Source: Anolis carolinensis (Eukaryota). From it: a stretch of DNA of 64,000 nt. The notes below the pieces were generated by a model. The model did not search any database, had not been told where the DNA came from, and saw only the letters and a program-made list of their open reading frames with translations. A program made the position numbers and the translations under genes. This document shows, in pieces, positions 12,520 through 26,652 of this stretch (its first letter is position 1; the number at the start of each line of letters is the position of its first letter). The stretch is taken from assembly GCF_035594765.1 (NCBI RefSeq), contig NC_085841.1, forward strand, positions 31,913,636 through 31,977,635, in the 5' to 3' direction.

Positions 12520-15414
12520 GCTACTAAAAATATGAATATGGAATCACTCAGCGTTAAACATTGAAAAGGAGTGAGTTTATTATTTACTTATTTATTCGCT
12601 TATTTGTTAACCTTTCTGGGAGGCTTTTGGTAATTGCCCACTTTGTAGTAAAGGTCTTTTATCTGCAAGAATCTATGGGGAATTGTTTGTATCTTTTAGA
12701 TACAACTTTGAGCCTAACTGGCTGAATAAGCGATGATCTTTCCCTACAATCGGGAATGAGTCAGCAGGAGGATTGCCAATTTATTGCGAGGATGTGTGAT
12801 AGACAGAAATTCAACAGGTCTTGTTTTTAACCAAAGTGGAATGATGAGAAACATAAAGTAAAATATATTTTTGTAAGTCATGAAATTCTAAATAAGCCTC
12901 TGCAATCAATGTCCCAAGAAGACTTGGGTTCCCCCAGTTGATACTATCTGTCAGGAGAAAGATGGGGAAATCCTAGCCAGCAAGTTCTTGACTTCCTTGA
13001 AACTTTTAATGACATCAAGCACTGTATCCTTTTGAATCATTCTGTGAATTATGAGTGAGTGATATGGCAGTTCTGCTCCAATTTATAGGCTTGGTTTCCT
13101 GCAGGCTGCCATGGACTTTTTCTGCTTACGCCTCCTGTGTGGATCTATCCTGGGATTTAAAACACATGACATCAGCACACAGTCTTCAAAAAGAGGCTTG
13201 ACAGATTCTGTTATTGAGATTCTACTTGGAAGTCCTGCACTGAGTGGGGGGCTGGATTTGATGGCCCACGGAGCCCCTTCTAATTCTATGATTTTATGAC
13301 AGACAGCTGTCTTCCTCCTTGTCAGCTGAGCCAGATGAATCTGCTGAAGTACTGAGCCAGAGCCTGGAAGCAGTGTTGTCCTTGATATGGGCTAAAACTG
13401 TAAAACTCCATCCCAACATGACAAATCAATGGTAGATAGGTGGTTCTTGGATAGAGGACAATGCTATTCAACTTGTTATAGATGTGATTTACTCTTCTAA
13501 AGGGAGCGTCTCAACTTGGAGGTTCTTCTGGATCCAGCTTGTTTACTTAAAGACCCAAGTAGGCTTAGTGGCACAAAATACCATTTAATTGGCTTCAGCT
13601 GAGTCTTTAGTTTGTTGTTCTTCTAGCTGTGGTTTTCTCAGATTGAAGGTATGTCTGAAGTTGTCCATTACTGGTAACCTCAAACTGGATAAACATAATG
13701 CATTTCAGTGGCCCTTGGTATCCACTGGAATTTAGTTCCAGGAAAGACCTCACCCATCCCATGAATACCAAAATCCATGGATACTCAAGTCCTATTATAT
13801 ACAATGGTGTTCCTTATATAAAATGGCATAATAATGGTTTGCTTTGGAGGGGGTATTTACAAGCTGTGGGTGGTGGAATTCACAGTTTGTAAATCTATGG
13901 AATAAGAGGGCTCACTGGTCATGTATAACTTGGAAATGTTCCCTTTGGGAGTAGAGCTAACATATTTCATATACATAAAAATTCATATCACATGACAACA
14001 AAAGGAGAAAAGTACAATCTCTCTACCACAAAATCATGTGAGCATATATACAGTTTATGTTAGGAGTGAAACATTTCAGCCCAGTTCTTGGTATGCATGC
14101 ATGTACTGCTGTTGTACCATATAGCCCCATACACCTAACATGTGGCCAGTGTGAAGAGTGAGTGGGTTCACATCTACTGGTCCATCACTGTATCACTGTG
14201 GTTTCTATGTAATCAAAAGCATGCTACATATTATTATGTGTGCAGTCAAATCATCTCCTAAAATAAGAAACATATATTATTTGAGCAAATATTATCTATT
14301 CTGTTTGACAGCAGCTATCTGGGGCGTATCTGGGGGTCCAGGCAGAAATCTTTCACATCACATGCTTTCTGGTTCTTTAAGCTGAAGAGTTTGGAATGCT
14401 AACTTGGAGGCTTCTGAATGCAAGTTCCACACTACTAAATTGTAGTCTATCCCCACACATAAGGCTTTTACTGGAGTTAGTTTATAAAATAATCTGTGAC
14501 TCTAACAAGTGCAGAATAATCTATCAAAGCCTTAAATGGGTTGATTAGCCCAGGGCTGACAGGGATATTCACCCATTCCATGGAGAAAAAAGAGTAGTGA
14601 GTCCCATGCTCAAGATATGGTAGCCTATTCAGCTATTTGCTTACACAATCACTTTGTATTTGCTGATCACAACATAGAGAATAGAGGACTCAGTGACTAC
14701 AGCAGCATTCCCCAATTGTTCACCATGATTCTAAAGATCACAGCAAGCTATGAATGAATGGACTAATTAGATGTCTAGCAAGAACATTTATTTTTCTGAT
14801 ATGCTTATGCTACCTATGAGAAACATTTTTGAGTTTGAGTGAAATGCCAAGAACCCAATATTCAACACACTAATATAAAAATAAAGCTCTTCTTTGCTGT
14901 GTTCTGAAAGGATGCTTCCACATTAAAAGAGCATGTGAGTTGGCTCATTCTACTGGCCACTTCTATGCATTATTCATGTATGCAATGTGAATGTGTGTAG
15001 CAGAATAGCCTTTGCATGTATAAGCTATTATGCATGAAGGCTCCACCTGACTAGAAATGCTGCATGATTGAGATTTCCAGCTGTATTTTGCTTTCATAGG
15101 CACAGTTTGTATACTCAGTGCCTTTTCTAGTATAGATGTTCATGCTGTCTGAAAGAACACCTGAGAATGTCCTTATACTGTAATGGCTCTTCTGACCATT
15201 TGTTCAAGTGTCTTTTCAGAAGACAGCTTTATGTATCATGAAAGTGAAGCATGCAAATAAGCATCCATTTTCAAATCCTAATCTGTATAGATAACATTCA
15301 AATAAGAATATGACTCATCAGTTTCTAGTCTTTCTACCCAACCTTCTCCTTTATGCTGGGAACTAATACAGGTTAATCCTCAAAAGTTTTCAGCCAAACA
15401 TTTTATCAGCGTGA

Positions 15415-15549
15415 TTCTTTGGAGGCTTTTAAGCAGAGGCTGGATGGCCATCTGTCGGGGGCGCTTTGAATGCGATTTCCTGCTTTTTGGCAGGGGGTTG
15501 GACTGGATGGCTCATGAGGTCTCTTCCAACTCTATGATTCTATGATTCC
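15415..15549 (+). mobile_element. Young CR1, extreme 3' end only
   Basis: ttggaggcttttaagcagaggctggatggccatctgtcggggg...ctctatgattctatgattc, near-identical to 38360-38505. Confidence 0.9.
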
Positions 15550-16909
15550 TGAACATCCTTAGAGAATGCTTCCACATCTGTCTATGGAACAAGCATGTGT
15601 GTATGGGGAAATGTCATTGAAATGTGAGGTCTTCTCCCCTGTAAAGTCAGGGAATAAACACTATAGCACTATAACTAAAATAATTTTAAAAAATGAGAGG
15701 AAAAAGGAAAAGAGAAGGATAGAGGAGTTGTTATTGTTGTTGTCACATGTCTCTGAATGTAAAAGAAACCTACTCAAGGGCAGGAATAAAATTGCACCAA
15801 GAATTGCTAGGAAATAGCAGGACAACAGAAATTTCATTTTAAAAAACTTGAGAATTTTAATAACAAACTGCATGGCAACCTCCTCATATCTCCTAGCTAT
15901 TTGGGGGAGCCTCAAAATACTACCCAAATTAAAAATGTGGCTGTACTGAGGACTTGCGTGGATATGGGGCCCAGGGAATGTGTTTGTATTTTCCCTTATA
16001 TGGTGTATACATTAAGTATTTAAGATTTTTAAGTATTTAAAGCTACAGTTCTGCACACACAGTAGATCTAAAGAACACCATGGTACATATTTTCAGGACA
16101 AGATGTGCAAGAAGGACCTACAGGAGTTTCCCCATTTGGAATATGCTATGATGCCATAATAACCTTGCCAAACTTTCCTCTCTATGGGACTTCTATATCA
16201 ATCACCTTCATTTCTACCCTCCTTTACCTGGTCTTCCACCTTCAGTACTTAACATTTCTGATTATTTCTCTGAAAGTCATTATGAATAACTCTCAATTCT
16301 TAATAGAAATTTTTGATAAAACCAAGCTTTGATATTAATCCACAGTATTGTCTCTATCTCACTTTTTTGTTTGATAAAGTAAGCATTACATTTTCCCCAC
16401 ATTTCAAGCTTATAACCTTGGTGTTATCTCTTGATTCTTTGCCTCCTTTCTGCTCTTGTATCCAATCAAACTGTTAAATATTGTCTCTTCTATGTTACTA
16501 ATATCAAATTTATGCTATTAAATTTGGCCTTTTCTTTCCTTTGATGCAACTAAAACTCTTGTTTGTACCCTCATTATCTTTTGCATTGAGAATTAATTCC
16601 AAAGTCTGTCCCTTTCCTCAAACATTATCTGTCTGTCTTGAATTGTTCAGTTTATCATTACGGTCTTGTCTACTATGATCCTATTCCCTGATCTGGACCA
16701 AAAGTCATACCTGGATCACCAAACAATATTCAGTAATTTGCTTGAAACAATGAAATTAGAAAATAATTACCCAATTCTGAACTTCTGTCATCTTTTCTTT
16801 CTGTACTGAAATTTTCTAATTGAACACAGATGTATCCCTTTCTTGTCTCCTCTCTTTACCTTGCATGCCTAATCTTTCTAATATTGAAAATGTGTACCAG
16901 AGACTCAAA

Positions 16910-17260
16910 CTGTTTATAGTTGTAAGGGGCTGCAGAGGCTGTCTAGTCCAGCCACCTGCTCAATGTAGGACTCCTGTGGCTACAAGTTCCCTGACAGACA
17001 GCCATCCATTGCTTTTTAAAAGCCTTCCAGCAAAGAAAAGCCAAATTCCTTCTCCTGGCAGCCTGTTCTACTGTCAAACAGATCTTACAGTTAGGAAGTT
17101 CCTTCTAATGTTGAGCCAAAATTTGCTTCCTTGTAATTTCAGCCCATTTGTTCTAAACCTGTCCTCTGCAGCAACAAACAGCTTTTCAGATATTTGAAAA
17201 ACAAGTTTCCCTTTAATCTTCTCTTCTCCAGGCTAAGCATATCCAGCTCTATTGACCATT
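16910..17260 (-). mobile_element. Old CR1 3' fragment
   Basis: Reverse-strand CR1 3' features: gtctagtccagcc, cttacagttaggaagttccttctaatgtt and tttaatcttctcttctccaggctaa. Confidence 0.7.
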
Positions 17261-17365
17261 GCAGTTGGGACTTACGGCTGTATTTTTAGTGAAAATAACT
17301 TAGTTCTTACGGATTCCCTAGAAGTAAATAATAATGCAGTCATTTGAGCTGCTATAGCTGAATTT

Positions 17366-17645
17366 GCCCGACTGCTCACTGGAGGGAAGGATAGTAGAGG
17401 CAAAGATGAAGTACTTTGGCCACATCATGAGAAGACAGGAAAGCTTGGAGAAGACAATGATGCTGGGGGAAATGGAAGGAAAAAGGAAGAGGGGGCCGAC
17501 CAAGGGCAAGATGGATGGATAGTATCCTTGAAGTGACTGGCTTGACCTTGAAAGTGATGGGGGAGGCGATGGCTGACAGGGAGCTCTGGCTTGGGCTGGT
17601 CCATGAGGTCATGAAGAGTCAGAAATGACTGAACGAATAAACAAC
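17366..17645 (+). mobile_element. RTE-BovB-like LINE 3' end
   Basis: Translates as SLEGRIVEAKMKYFGHIMRRQESLEKTMMLGEMEGKRKRG. Tail gactgaacgaataaacaac. Perfect 12-bp TSD ATAGCTGAATTT (17354-17365, 17646-17657). Confidence 0.9.
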
Positions 17646-19389
17646 ATAGCTGAATTTATGGAAGATTGGTATCATGGTGCTTGTATGGAACACAGCAATT
17701 CTACATATCTGCTCAGAGGTAGGTCCCTCTAAGTTTAGTGTAAATTACTGTCAGGAAAGTGAATACAAGTTTTCAGGTTAAGGTAGGAACTGATGAAGTT
17801 ATGATCAATCTCAAAATCTTCTTGGATTACAAAAGGCACACATTAAGCCATCTCTCTTTACATTTATATACAGAAATAATTGTTTGTTGTCCAAAATGAT
17901 GGCATTTATTATGTGACTTTTGTATCAGATTATAGTAAGATTAAAGGAAATTCATTGTGTTTTTTTCACACTAATTCATCTGGTTTTAAGTGTTTCCCTT
18001 CCCCTCCTTCGTCTGTTTCTTATCTACTTCTGTGGTCCAATATATGGCATCATACAGGTGTGTGTGCAAAAAAAAACAACCCAAAAGATTGTAGCATAAA
18101 ACCATAATTGTATATCCTTAGAGACTATGAGCCTGATGTCACATGTTCAGACACAGAAGATACTGAAGTATTTGCCTTGGATGGAAGGGAACACAGAAGG
18201 AAGGAAGAACTAGTACTGTTGAGATTTTGTTCCAGGATTCCCTGTGAATACCAAGTAAAATGGCATAGTAAAATGTTATCCCTTATATACAATGTAAAAT
18301 AGCTTTGCTTTTAGGATTTTTTAAAACATTTTCATTGGTGAGTGGTTGAATATTTAGATACAGAATCCATAGATGCAGAATTTGTGGATACAGAGAGCTG
18401 GCTATATTACAAATGAAACCATCATAATGCATTATGAATCAGTGGATACAAAGAGCCGTCTGAATTGCAGATGAAGCATCATAATATATTAAGAGGCGGT
18501 TTTTTGATGCAGACATGGTAAGGTATGCATTTAGGTGGAAATCTGTCTAGATCTGCCAGGATCTATAAGTGTACTTTCCACATGCCAGCCTTCAGCTAAG
18601 ATATCTAAATTGGCATCTCATAAGAATAAGGATGAGGCTATTGCTCTTAATATGGGATTCCCAGATTGCAGGCCTCATTCTGCATGGGTGCCAAGGGCTT
18701 TCAGCTTACACAGGCCTTGTATAGGGAATCTTTTTTGCCACTTCATGGGGAATGCTTGCTTTCTCACAGGATTGAACCTTTTGTCCTTAATTCTATCTCA
18801 TTCCCATTATGCTCCTTTTTGCCCACAGATAATCCCATGGCATTATTCTCATTATACCACTTTGCCATTCCCATTACGCTCTTTACTACTGATCTGCCCA
18901 TTGTTTCTATTTAATTTCCTTGGTAAAAAAGTATATGAATTTAAATAAATGTTCATGCAGCAGCCAATGTGAATCTTTGCAAACCCCTATACTGATAGAT
19001 TGTAGGGAGCTGCAAAAGATTCACATTGGCAACTGCATCATGGATTTTTTTGTAACGAGCCATGATTTTTAAAAAAATCTATTATATTTAGAATAGTTAT
19101 TCCTTCTATTACTAGCACTAAAATTAGTTTATACTATATTTTTCAATAATAAATTGTACAGTATGATCTACCTGCAGAACTAATATCCATAGTTTCATCT
19201 ACCTGTATCTGAAAAATATTTCATCTCAAGGAATTTTAGATCCTCCAGAATGACTCTATGGTAACTTCTGACAGAAGTTATTACATTCAATAGGGTTTTC
19301 CATTATTCACATTTCCCTATTTCTACAGTAAGTTCTGGAAACATCCCCCATGTATATGGGGGTTGTACTGTACTCAAAAACTCTTAAGA

Positions 19390-19595
19390 GCCATCATGAT
19401 ATAATAGTTTGAGCATTGACCTATAATTCCAGTTGACTAGGGTTCAAATCCCATACATCCATGGAAACTCAGTAGTTGGGCCTTTTTGGAAGGCAAAATA
19501 AACCTCCTCTGAATAAATTTTGTCAAAGGAAAACCCTAGGATAGAAGCCCTAAAAACTGGAGTGAACTTATAGCACTTAACATCAACAGCACCAA
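19390..19595 (+). mobile_element. Older tRNA-derived SINE (related copies near 10270-10430, 25283-25500 on -, 36045-36230, 47545-47760)
   Basis: A/B-box-like tagtttgagc...gggttcaaatccc, body ggaaggcaaa..cctcctctgaataaat..gccaagaaaaccc, and a (CAA)n-like tail. Recurs several times in the window. Confidence 0.6.
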
Positions 19596-19935
19596 CAAAG
19601 TAGGAACCCAGCCCAGCCCAGCCCAGCCCAGCGATTCAGAAAATCAGTTTGGCTGGGTCTGATTTAGAGGCCAATGGGTGTGATTCAGATTGAATTGTCA
19701 TTCTGAAATCCAAATCTTTATCTCTATTGACTCTTACTGGTCTTCAAAAACTTCATTACTGGATGAATTTCCAGGCATAGTAGTTCTTTATAAGATGATT
19801 ACGCTTAACAATGTTGAGATAAATTGGTGCAGCAGTGTTATTCAATGTACAGTACCTTTAAATTTGGTTTCTGTGAAACCAAAAAGATAATACACAGCAT
19901 TCAGTCTTCCAGGTGGCTTTCAAGTAGTTGGACTC

Positions 19936-19936
<1 letters not shown>

Positions 19937-19991
<55 letters not shown>

Positions 19992-20150
19992 TACTTTATT
20001 TATACCCCACCACCATCTCCCCGTGGGGACTTGGGACGGCTCACATGGGGCAAAGCCTGATCAGCATAGTTTACAAAAACAACAGCATAAATACATTACA
20101 CAATATACAAAAGATAAATCACATTAAGGCGATAAAACAAGAGTTAATAC
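19937..20150 (-). mobile_element. L2 3' tail with (AAT)n microsatellite
   Basis: (AAT) about 17 times followed by ctttatttataccccaccaccatctccccgtggggacttgggacggctcacatggggc, the reverse of the L2 3' end seen at 40310-40406. Confidence 0.8.
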
Positions 20151-21154
20151 AGTTAACTTCATAGATGGGGAACTGCAGCAGCAATATAAAAATAGCATCA
20201 TCAGATTAAAATTAAGAAAATTAAGAAAATTAAGAAACTGAATCAGGTTCCTTTCTGATGGCTCTGGCAAAAGCAAACTGATGCAGCTTCTCCTAGCCTC
20301 TGTGTTCTTCCTCATTAATAACTTTGTCCATCTTGACCACACTCTGCTATTACTTGACTACACACGTCCTGATTTTTACCTATGAAATGTTGGAAAGTAT
20401 GGATTCCATAGGATGTTGCCATGGAAGTTAGACTGGAATCATAGTGTTATAACTGTGTAGTGTGAAAGGGCCCTTAGTGTTGAATTTGATAATTTCAGTT
20501 ATGATTTGAATAAAACAAAAGTCTGAATAGAAGTACCTGCAGTCCTTAAAAATTGTTTCTGCTTACCATATAGTCACCATAAAAAAATAGATTGCCAAGA
20601 TATTGCCAATTGTTTGTTTTTTTAAATCACAGCATAGAGAGCAACACATGTAGACAGATTCCCATTTACAAGGCAAAATTAAGATCTATAGAAAGGAGAA
20701 AAATCTCACATCTCCACGGTCAGTGCAGGGTCACACCCTTAAACTGGCCAAGTGTCCTTTGGCTGACCATGCAGAGAATAGCATTACTGATAGCTGTGCC
20801 AGACTTGTGTGCACTTGAGCATCTTCCAGTAGCCTTTTTTATGCAGGGTCATTGGGTGGCAGATGTTATATTTTAGTATATTTTATCTTTTATGCTGTCA
20901 TTTGATTTGGAAAATATTCTTACCCACTCTGGAGGATTTGGGAAAATGTGGGTAACTCATTTTCACAATACACGTTAAATGCAATAAGTTAGTATGTCTT
21001 TGTTTGCATTTTAAGCCATGTATTGTTATCGAGGAAGCATTTAACAATTACATGATACTGCCTGTGCACATGTGTCTTCTGAAATTTTGGGAAAATAAGC
21101 AAGTGCTTTTAGAAAATGGGACCAGAGAAAACTCTATACTAAAATGGTTAACCA

Positions 21155-21360
21155 AAGGGCATCCACACTGTAGAATTAATGCAGTTTGACATCCCTTTCA
21201 CTGTCATAGCTCAAAGCTATGGAACCATGGGAGTTGTAGTTTTATTAGGAATTTAGCCTCCTCTGCCTTCACTAACTGCAGACCCCAAGATTTAATAGCA
21301 TTGAGCCACACCAGTTAAAGTGGTGTCAAACTGTATTCATTCTACAGTGTGAATCATCTC
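21155..21360. mobile_element. Palindromic non-autonomous DNA transposon (PIF/Harbinger-like MITE)
   Basis: Long imperfect inverted arms: cacactgtagaattaatgcagtttgaca...tgtcaaactgtattcattctacagtgtg. Relative at 58575-58768. Confidence 0.6.
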
Positions 21361-24139
21361 TGGTCTAGGAATGTATCAGCTCTCTCTCTCTCTCTTTCAT
21401 TCTCTTTGAGCACATCTACATGGACACTTTATTCTGAAGAGGGGGTGTGAATTAGCCTTCTGTTAAATGACACACAGAGATTATTCAAGTTGATGCAACT
21501 TTGGTCTGCGTTAACAAAAGTCATGGTTGCTCCAGAATTTCCCTGAGAATCCAAAGCAAACCACAACTTTGGGCCCATGTAAACAGTAGGGCCAGTTCTG
21601 AGACTGAACCAGTCACAACTGCTGTATTCCCCAGGTTTAGGTGTTCAGGAACACAGGATGGCACTTACCACCCTCATCCGGTTTTCATTGTAGCCACAGC
21701 CAGTGGGTGAAAAATGGCTGATGGTTGTTGCTCATTGTGTGGAGCGATGCCCAGGGTGTAAGAGTCATTAGAGAAGAGGGGGGCAGGAAAGGATTGGGTG
21801 ATTCCTCCATTCCACCTACCCCTCTGCCGCATTGCTCTGGCATCCTGGTCGACACCGCTCTGAACGTGCTGGAACCACAACACTGAGAACAGGAGGAGGA
21901 TGCTAAGAGTGGCCATTTGCTGGACAGTCAACATTCCTTTCCGTTCTAAGGACTGGCTGTAGGAACCATCTAAGGGCCAATCTGAAATTTGCCACTCAAA
22001 ATCAGCCCCAGGATAATGTGTCCTTGTAGAACTGCCCTTTCCTCCCATCCATACTGTAGAATTATAGTAGTTTAACATCATTTTAACTGCCATAGCTCCA
22101 TCCTATGAAATGCAGGAATTCGTAGTCGTGACACCAGATCTCTCTGACAGAGAAGAGTAAATATCTCACAAAACTACAAATCGTATAATTCCATAGCATT
22201 GAGCCAATGGCAATTAATGTGCTGTAAAATTGCTATAATTCTGCCATGTTTTTACAGCCTATGTGTGCATGTGCACGTGTGTGTGTGTAGTATTAGAGCT
22301 ACACAGATTTCACAATTGTTTGCACATAATCTCAGTCAATCCTGCAGCTTCTTTTCAATTCCCATAATGGAGGAACCACCTTTAGGCCACAGTCTGTCAT
22401 GAAGACAGCTTGTGTGTAATATTTGGAGTATGTTTCAACTCTTTCTGGCATCCATGTCTTGAGCCCATCTGGACCACTGCTTGCAAAATGTTGCTTTTTC
22501 ATACCAGGAGAGGAAGAGATTATGATACATCTTTGGTGCTCTTTGTATTTGCCGGAACCCAATCCCCACAGCTCTCCTTCATGGATAGCTTTGTCACATT
22601 TGTTCAGAAGCAGAAGAAATATTCACAGTAAAGTGACTGAATACATCAGAGGAGGGCACAGTCCAGCTTTCCAGATCTTGCTGAGCTACAGTTCCCATCA
22701 GGTCAATTCAGTACAGAGAATGGTGACTGACATTTCCACCTGTGGGAACCTTAAAATACTGTGATTCAATTTGAAGATGGATGATTTAACTATCCGGTTG
22801 AATCTAAGTGTGTTTATATGTCTAATCAGTGCCTAGATCAGTGTCAACTGGAACCCAATGTATACTGCTGTGAGCTCTAGCATCATAGAGAAGCAGTATT
22901 ATTTCATGAATGCTGTCAGGTATTTGTAATAAGATAATTAACCCTGAGTGTTACTGTAAGACATCTGTTGGCCAGAGTCTTGGACATGGCAAACCAGTTT
23001 TCATAGCTTATTTAATACTTGGCTATGTATGCCAGGTATTGTTTTGTAAGGTGGCTCACAGGTAAAAAAAAAAAAAAGTGGTATGTCTCATCTCAGTGGA
23101 AGCTGGCTGTTACAGCTAGAGGGGTTCTTTTTAACAAAGATAAATTATGGCCCATGAACATGAGGAGGTGGTGAAAAATTTCACACTATACCTTGGGAGA
23201 GAAGACAAGTGTGAGACACAAAAATGCACAGCTATAACAAGCATTGCTTTTTGGTAATTTGGGGGATGCAATCAAATGGGAACAACCGTGGTCAGACATG
23301 CAGTTAATTTTGAATAAATTGAATCATTTATACAATTTACTTGCACTTATTTATTTTATTACTTATTCAATTAATTTATAGATTGCCTTTCTCCAGGAGG
23401 GGGACCCAAGGAGGCCTCTAAGGACAATAAATCAAAAACATTTACAATAAAAGTGAGACTGAGATGGAGGTGGAAGCTAGAGAAAGTCTTCCCCTGGATA
23501 TCGTAAAGTTCTGACAGGTTTTATAATGAGATAGGTATTTCAGACAGTCTGGACCCAAGCTGTATACATGCACCACATAGTTTACACACCACATTCACTA
23601 CTTGACTCTATGCTGTGCTCCAGGTGGTGGTTTCATCCAGATGAGGCTTCAGCTCAATGCAATAACTTGGGTTACAGAAAGAGAAAGTTGGCTAAGCATA
23701 GTGCTGATATTGATGAAATTCAAGTTCATACTAGAAATCTGGATGAGTCTATACACTGGAGTTTCTTTCAGGCAGGCTAACATGTCGCTTCAAATATTAG
23801 GCAGTCCAGCCTATGGCCTCTTTAACAAGATCTGGCCTACTTTTACAAGTTGAAACTCCACCAAAGCAGGACAACCATAGCTCCATTGAGTCTTCTGTGG
23901 AATCTCAGAAGTTACAAATGTATCCTTCATGGGCCAAAGAGGCAATGGCTAAATGATGCTGAAACTTTCAGGCCAGTGGGTACTAAATAATCTTTTACTT
24001 GAGTCCTAAAAACTCAAGCAAGGGTTTATTAGGTCCAGCAGTCTCTGAAGTATTTATCAAACTATGTCTGAACCCTTTCCCCTGTGGCATTCAGCACCAT
24101 TCAAAACTGGGACTGGCCCTTGAACAAGTTAATAAAAGG

Positions 24140-24440
24140 GTATATAAAACTGACTAGGGATAATCATTCTCTTCGATTTTTGAAACAGTTTTGATAAGGC
24201 ACTCAAAGGAGACCATTAAAGGAAAATAAATAAATATAGGATGAAGGGTAAAATCTTTTTTACAGAGCAAAATACAAGTAAGTTATGGAAAACAAAGGGT
24301 GTTTATGACTTGCTGTTACTCCAGAGTGCAAAGAGGCTAATAACATGGTAACCCAGGAGTCCATATTGGGCTCAGCAAGTTTTTCCTCATTTGTTTGTGG
24401 CCTGGATGATGACACAAATGGAAAATTTATGTTGGCTGAA
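24140..24440 (+). mobile_element. Ancient CR1/L3-like RT remnant
   Basis: Degenerate LDF.(K).FDK and VTQESILGSASFSSFVCGLDD resemble [21 protein letters not shown]. Confidence 0.5.
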
Positions 24441-26419
24441 AATAATGTCAGAAATCCTATACTTCATATCATTGGTATAATAAATTGCTGCCCCACTAGG
24501 GAAAATGGAGCATTTGTGTCAGAGATTGAGCTGTGATGGCTCACTCCATCTTGACTTAGGAGAATGTTCTATTTATCTCAGGGTAATAAGTGGTGGCAAA
24601 ATATGGTGATGAGAGGTATGGGGCATGTCAAAACATATCAAAACAATACCTTCTGAATTGCCCTCTTCCTGCTAAATTTAATACAGTCGAAGACAATACA
24701 TTTGTCACTTCTGGACAGAGTCAGCCTTTTGATTGAATGAAAATCAAGATACTAAGCATGCCATTGCTGATGGAAATCAAATTAGGTTGTCCCCTTGCTT
24801 TTCCTTAATTCCGTGGTGGATTAAACAGGGCCTGGAGAAGGCACTTGGAAGATGCCAAAGCATTTGCAATCCAAAATAATTGTGGTAGGAGAAGGGGAGG
24901 AGGTTTTTCCTGTGTAACAAAAGTGAAAATAGAAACAGTCTGTGCACATGACCTGATTTCATCAGCTTCCTGGCTGCCTCCGCCCTAGAATTCTACCTTA
25001 TGGAAATCAGGGAACACATTTAGAAACAGACTCCAACTGGGTTCTCATGACATTATAGGGAACGGGAGATAAATTCCCTAGAAGCTTCTTGATCTCTGCT
25101 CAATTTTCTCTGATACCAGTCCTGTGACCTAGAGTTGCTGTCTTATCTTAACCCATATTTAGACAGTATCTTCTTAAATGTTTCATTAATGTTAGACAGA
25201 CCCCAGCAACCTCTGTTGGGCTTTATAAGACAAGAAGACGGTGGATATATGAGGAAAACTGAATTGAGGGGGAGCAATGTTTTTGTTGTTGTTATGAGCC
25301 TTCATGTCAACTCTGACTTATGGTGATCCCATCATAGGGGTTTCTTGACAAAATTTATTCAGAGGATGTTTTCCATCGCCTTCTTTTAAGGCTGATAGAG
25401 TGTGACTTGCCCAAGGTCATGGCTTCCATGACTGAATGAGGATCTGAACCTTGGCCTCCCATAATCCAAGTGCAACTCTCAAACCACTGTGCCATCCTTA
25501 CTCTGTAAGTATGTCCCTTCAAGTTGTCTTTTGATTTATTGCAACTTCATACATTTCACAAAATGTCTGAAAATATTTGTGTATGAAATCCTGACATTTT
25601 ATAATAAACATTATGTTGAGAAGATTATTATTGCAAGAATAATCATATAATAAAAAGCCCAAATGACATAGAAAGGTAAACTATTTTAGAATGACATTGT
25701 TTTCTTAATTTGTTTCTTAATTTATGAGCGGCTCTTGGAACTTTTTCAATTCAAAATGTAGGACAAAAGTAACTGAAATAAAAAGAAACAGAAAACAGAA
25801 AGCGATATGTGACAGAGGTATCCTGCTTTAATGGACAAGCTATTTAGATCTTTGTAGTGGGAAAACCACTTCCCTAAATAACGGTATATCTATAAAATGA
25901 AGCAAGGTAGGGGAACTTTTACAGAGGGAGTATATTTTTTCTTCCATTACATGAAATACATTAGATCATTTTTATCGTCAACTATATTAATGATGTGGAA
26001 TTTTTGCTGTTCTATGGGCAAGCAGTAAAAAGACATTCGGAGGCTGCATGTTCTACAGTTCCATTTCCATGGAAATGGGTGAAACAATAGCAATGTGAAA
26101 GCTTAAAATAATATTTTATCTCCAATATAGTGATGGTGACGACAACTATGACAAAAGTGGCAAATATGGCAAGAGGATTGTGAGGCATTTGAGGAGCACT
26201 ATTTCATAACAATAGCAATGAATTGCATTACACCCATGGCACATGTTTACATTCATAAATGAAAAGCAAATTAATGCAGTCCATTATGCATTATTACACA
26301 CTGACATCTTCATGTGTTAAAGTATTTAAATAATATGTACTGTACATATCTTTGTACATTCAGTTTTCCACACTCGTGGATTTAACTTTTGCAGATTTGA
26401 TTTTTCACAGATTTTTTTG

Positions 26420-26652
26420 TGTCAGCAGCAACTTGAGAAACTGCAAGTTGCCTCTGGTGTGAGGGAATTGGCCATCTGCAAGGACATTACCCAGGGGACT
26501 CCCGGATGATTGATGTTTTTATCATCCTTGTGGGAGGCTTCTCTTATGTCCCCGCATGGGGAGCTGGAGCTGACAGAGGGAGCTTACCCGCTCTCCCCAG
26601 ATTCAAACTGCCGACCTGTTGGTCAGCAGTCCTGCCAGCACAACTGGGGCTC
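26420..26652 (-). mobile_element. tRNA-derived SINE (Anolis SINE2-like)
   Basis: Reverse-complement homologue of 8522-8762. Confidence 0.7.

Noticed and set aside
19606-19632. (CCCAG)5 resembling an immunoglobulin switch-type pentamer
   Set aside because: Only five units, so an ordinary microsatellite.
22508-22631. Plus-strand acceptor followed by an open frame (RGRDYDTSLVLF...)
   Set aside because: There is no recognisable protein similarity and no partner exons, so it cannot be distinguished from chance.
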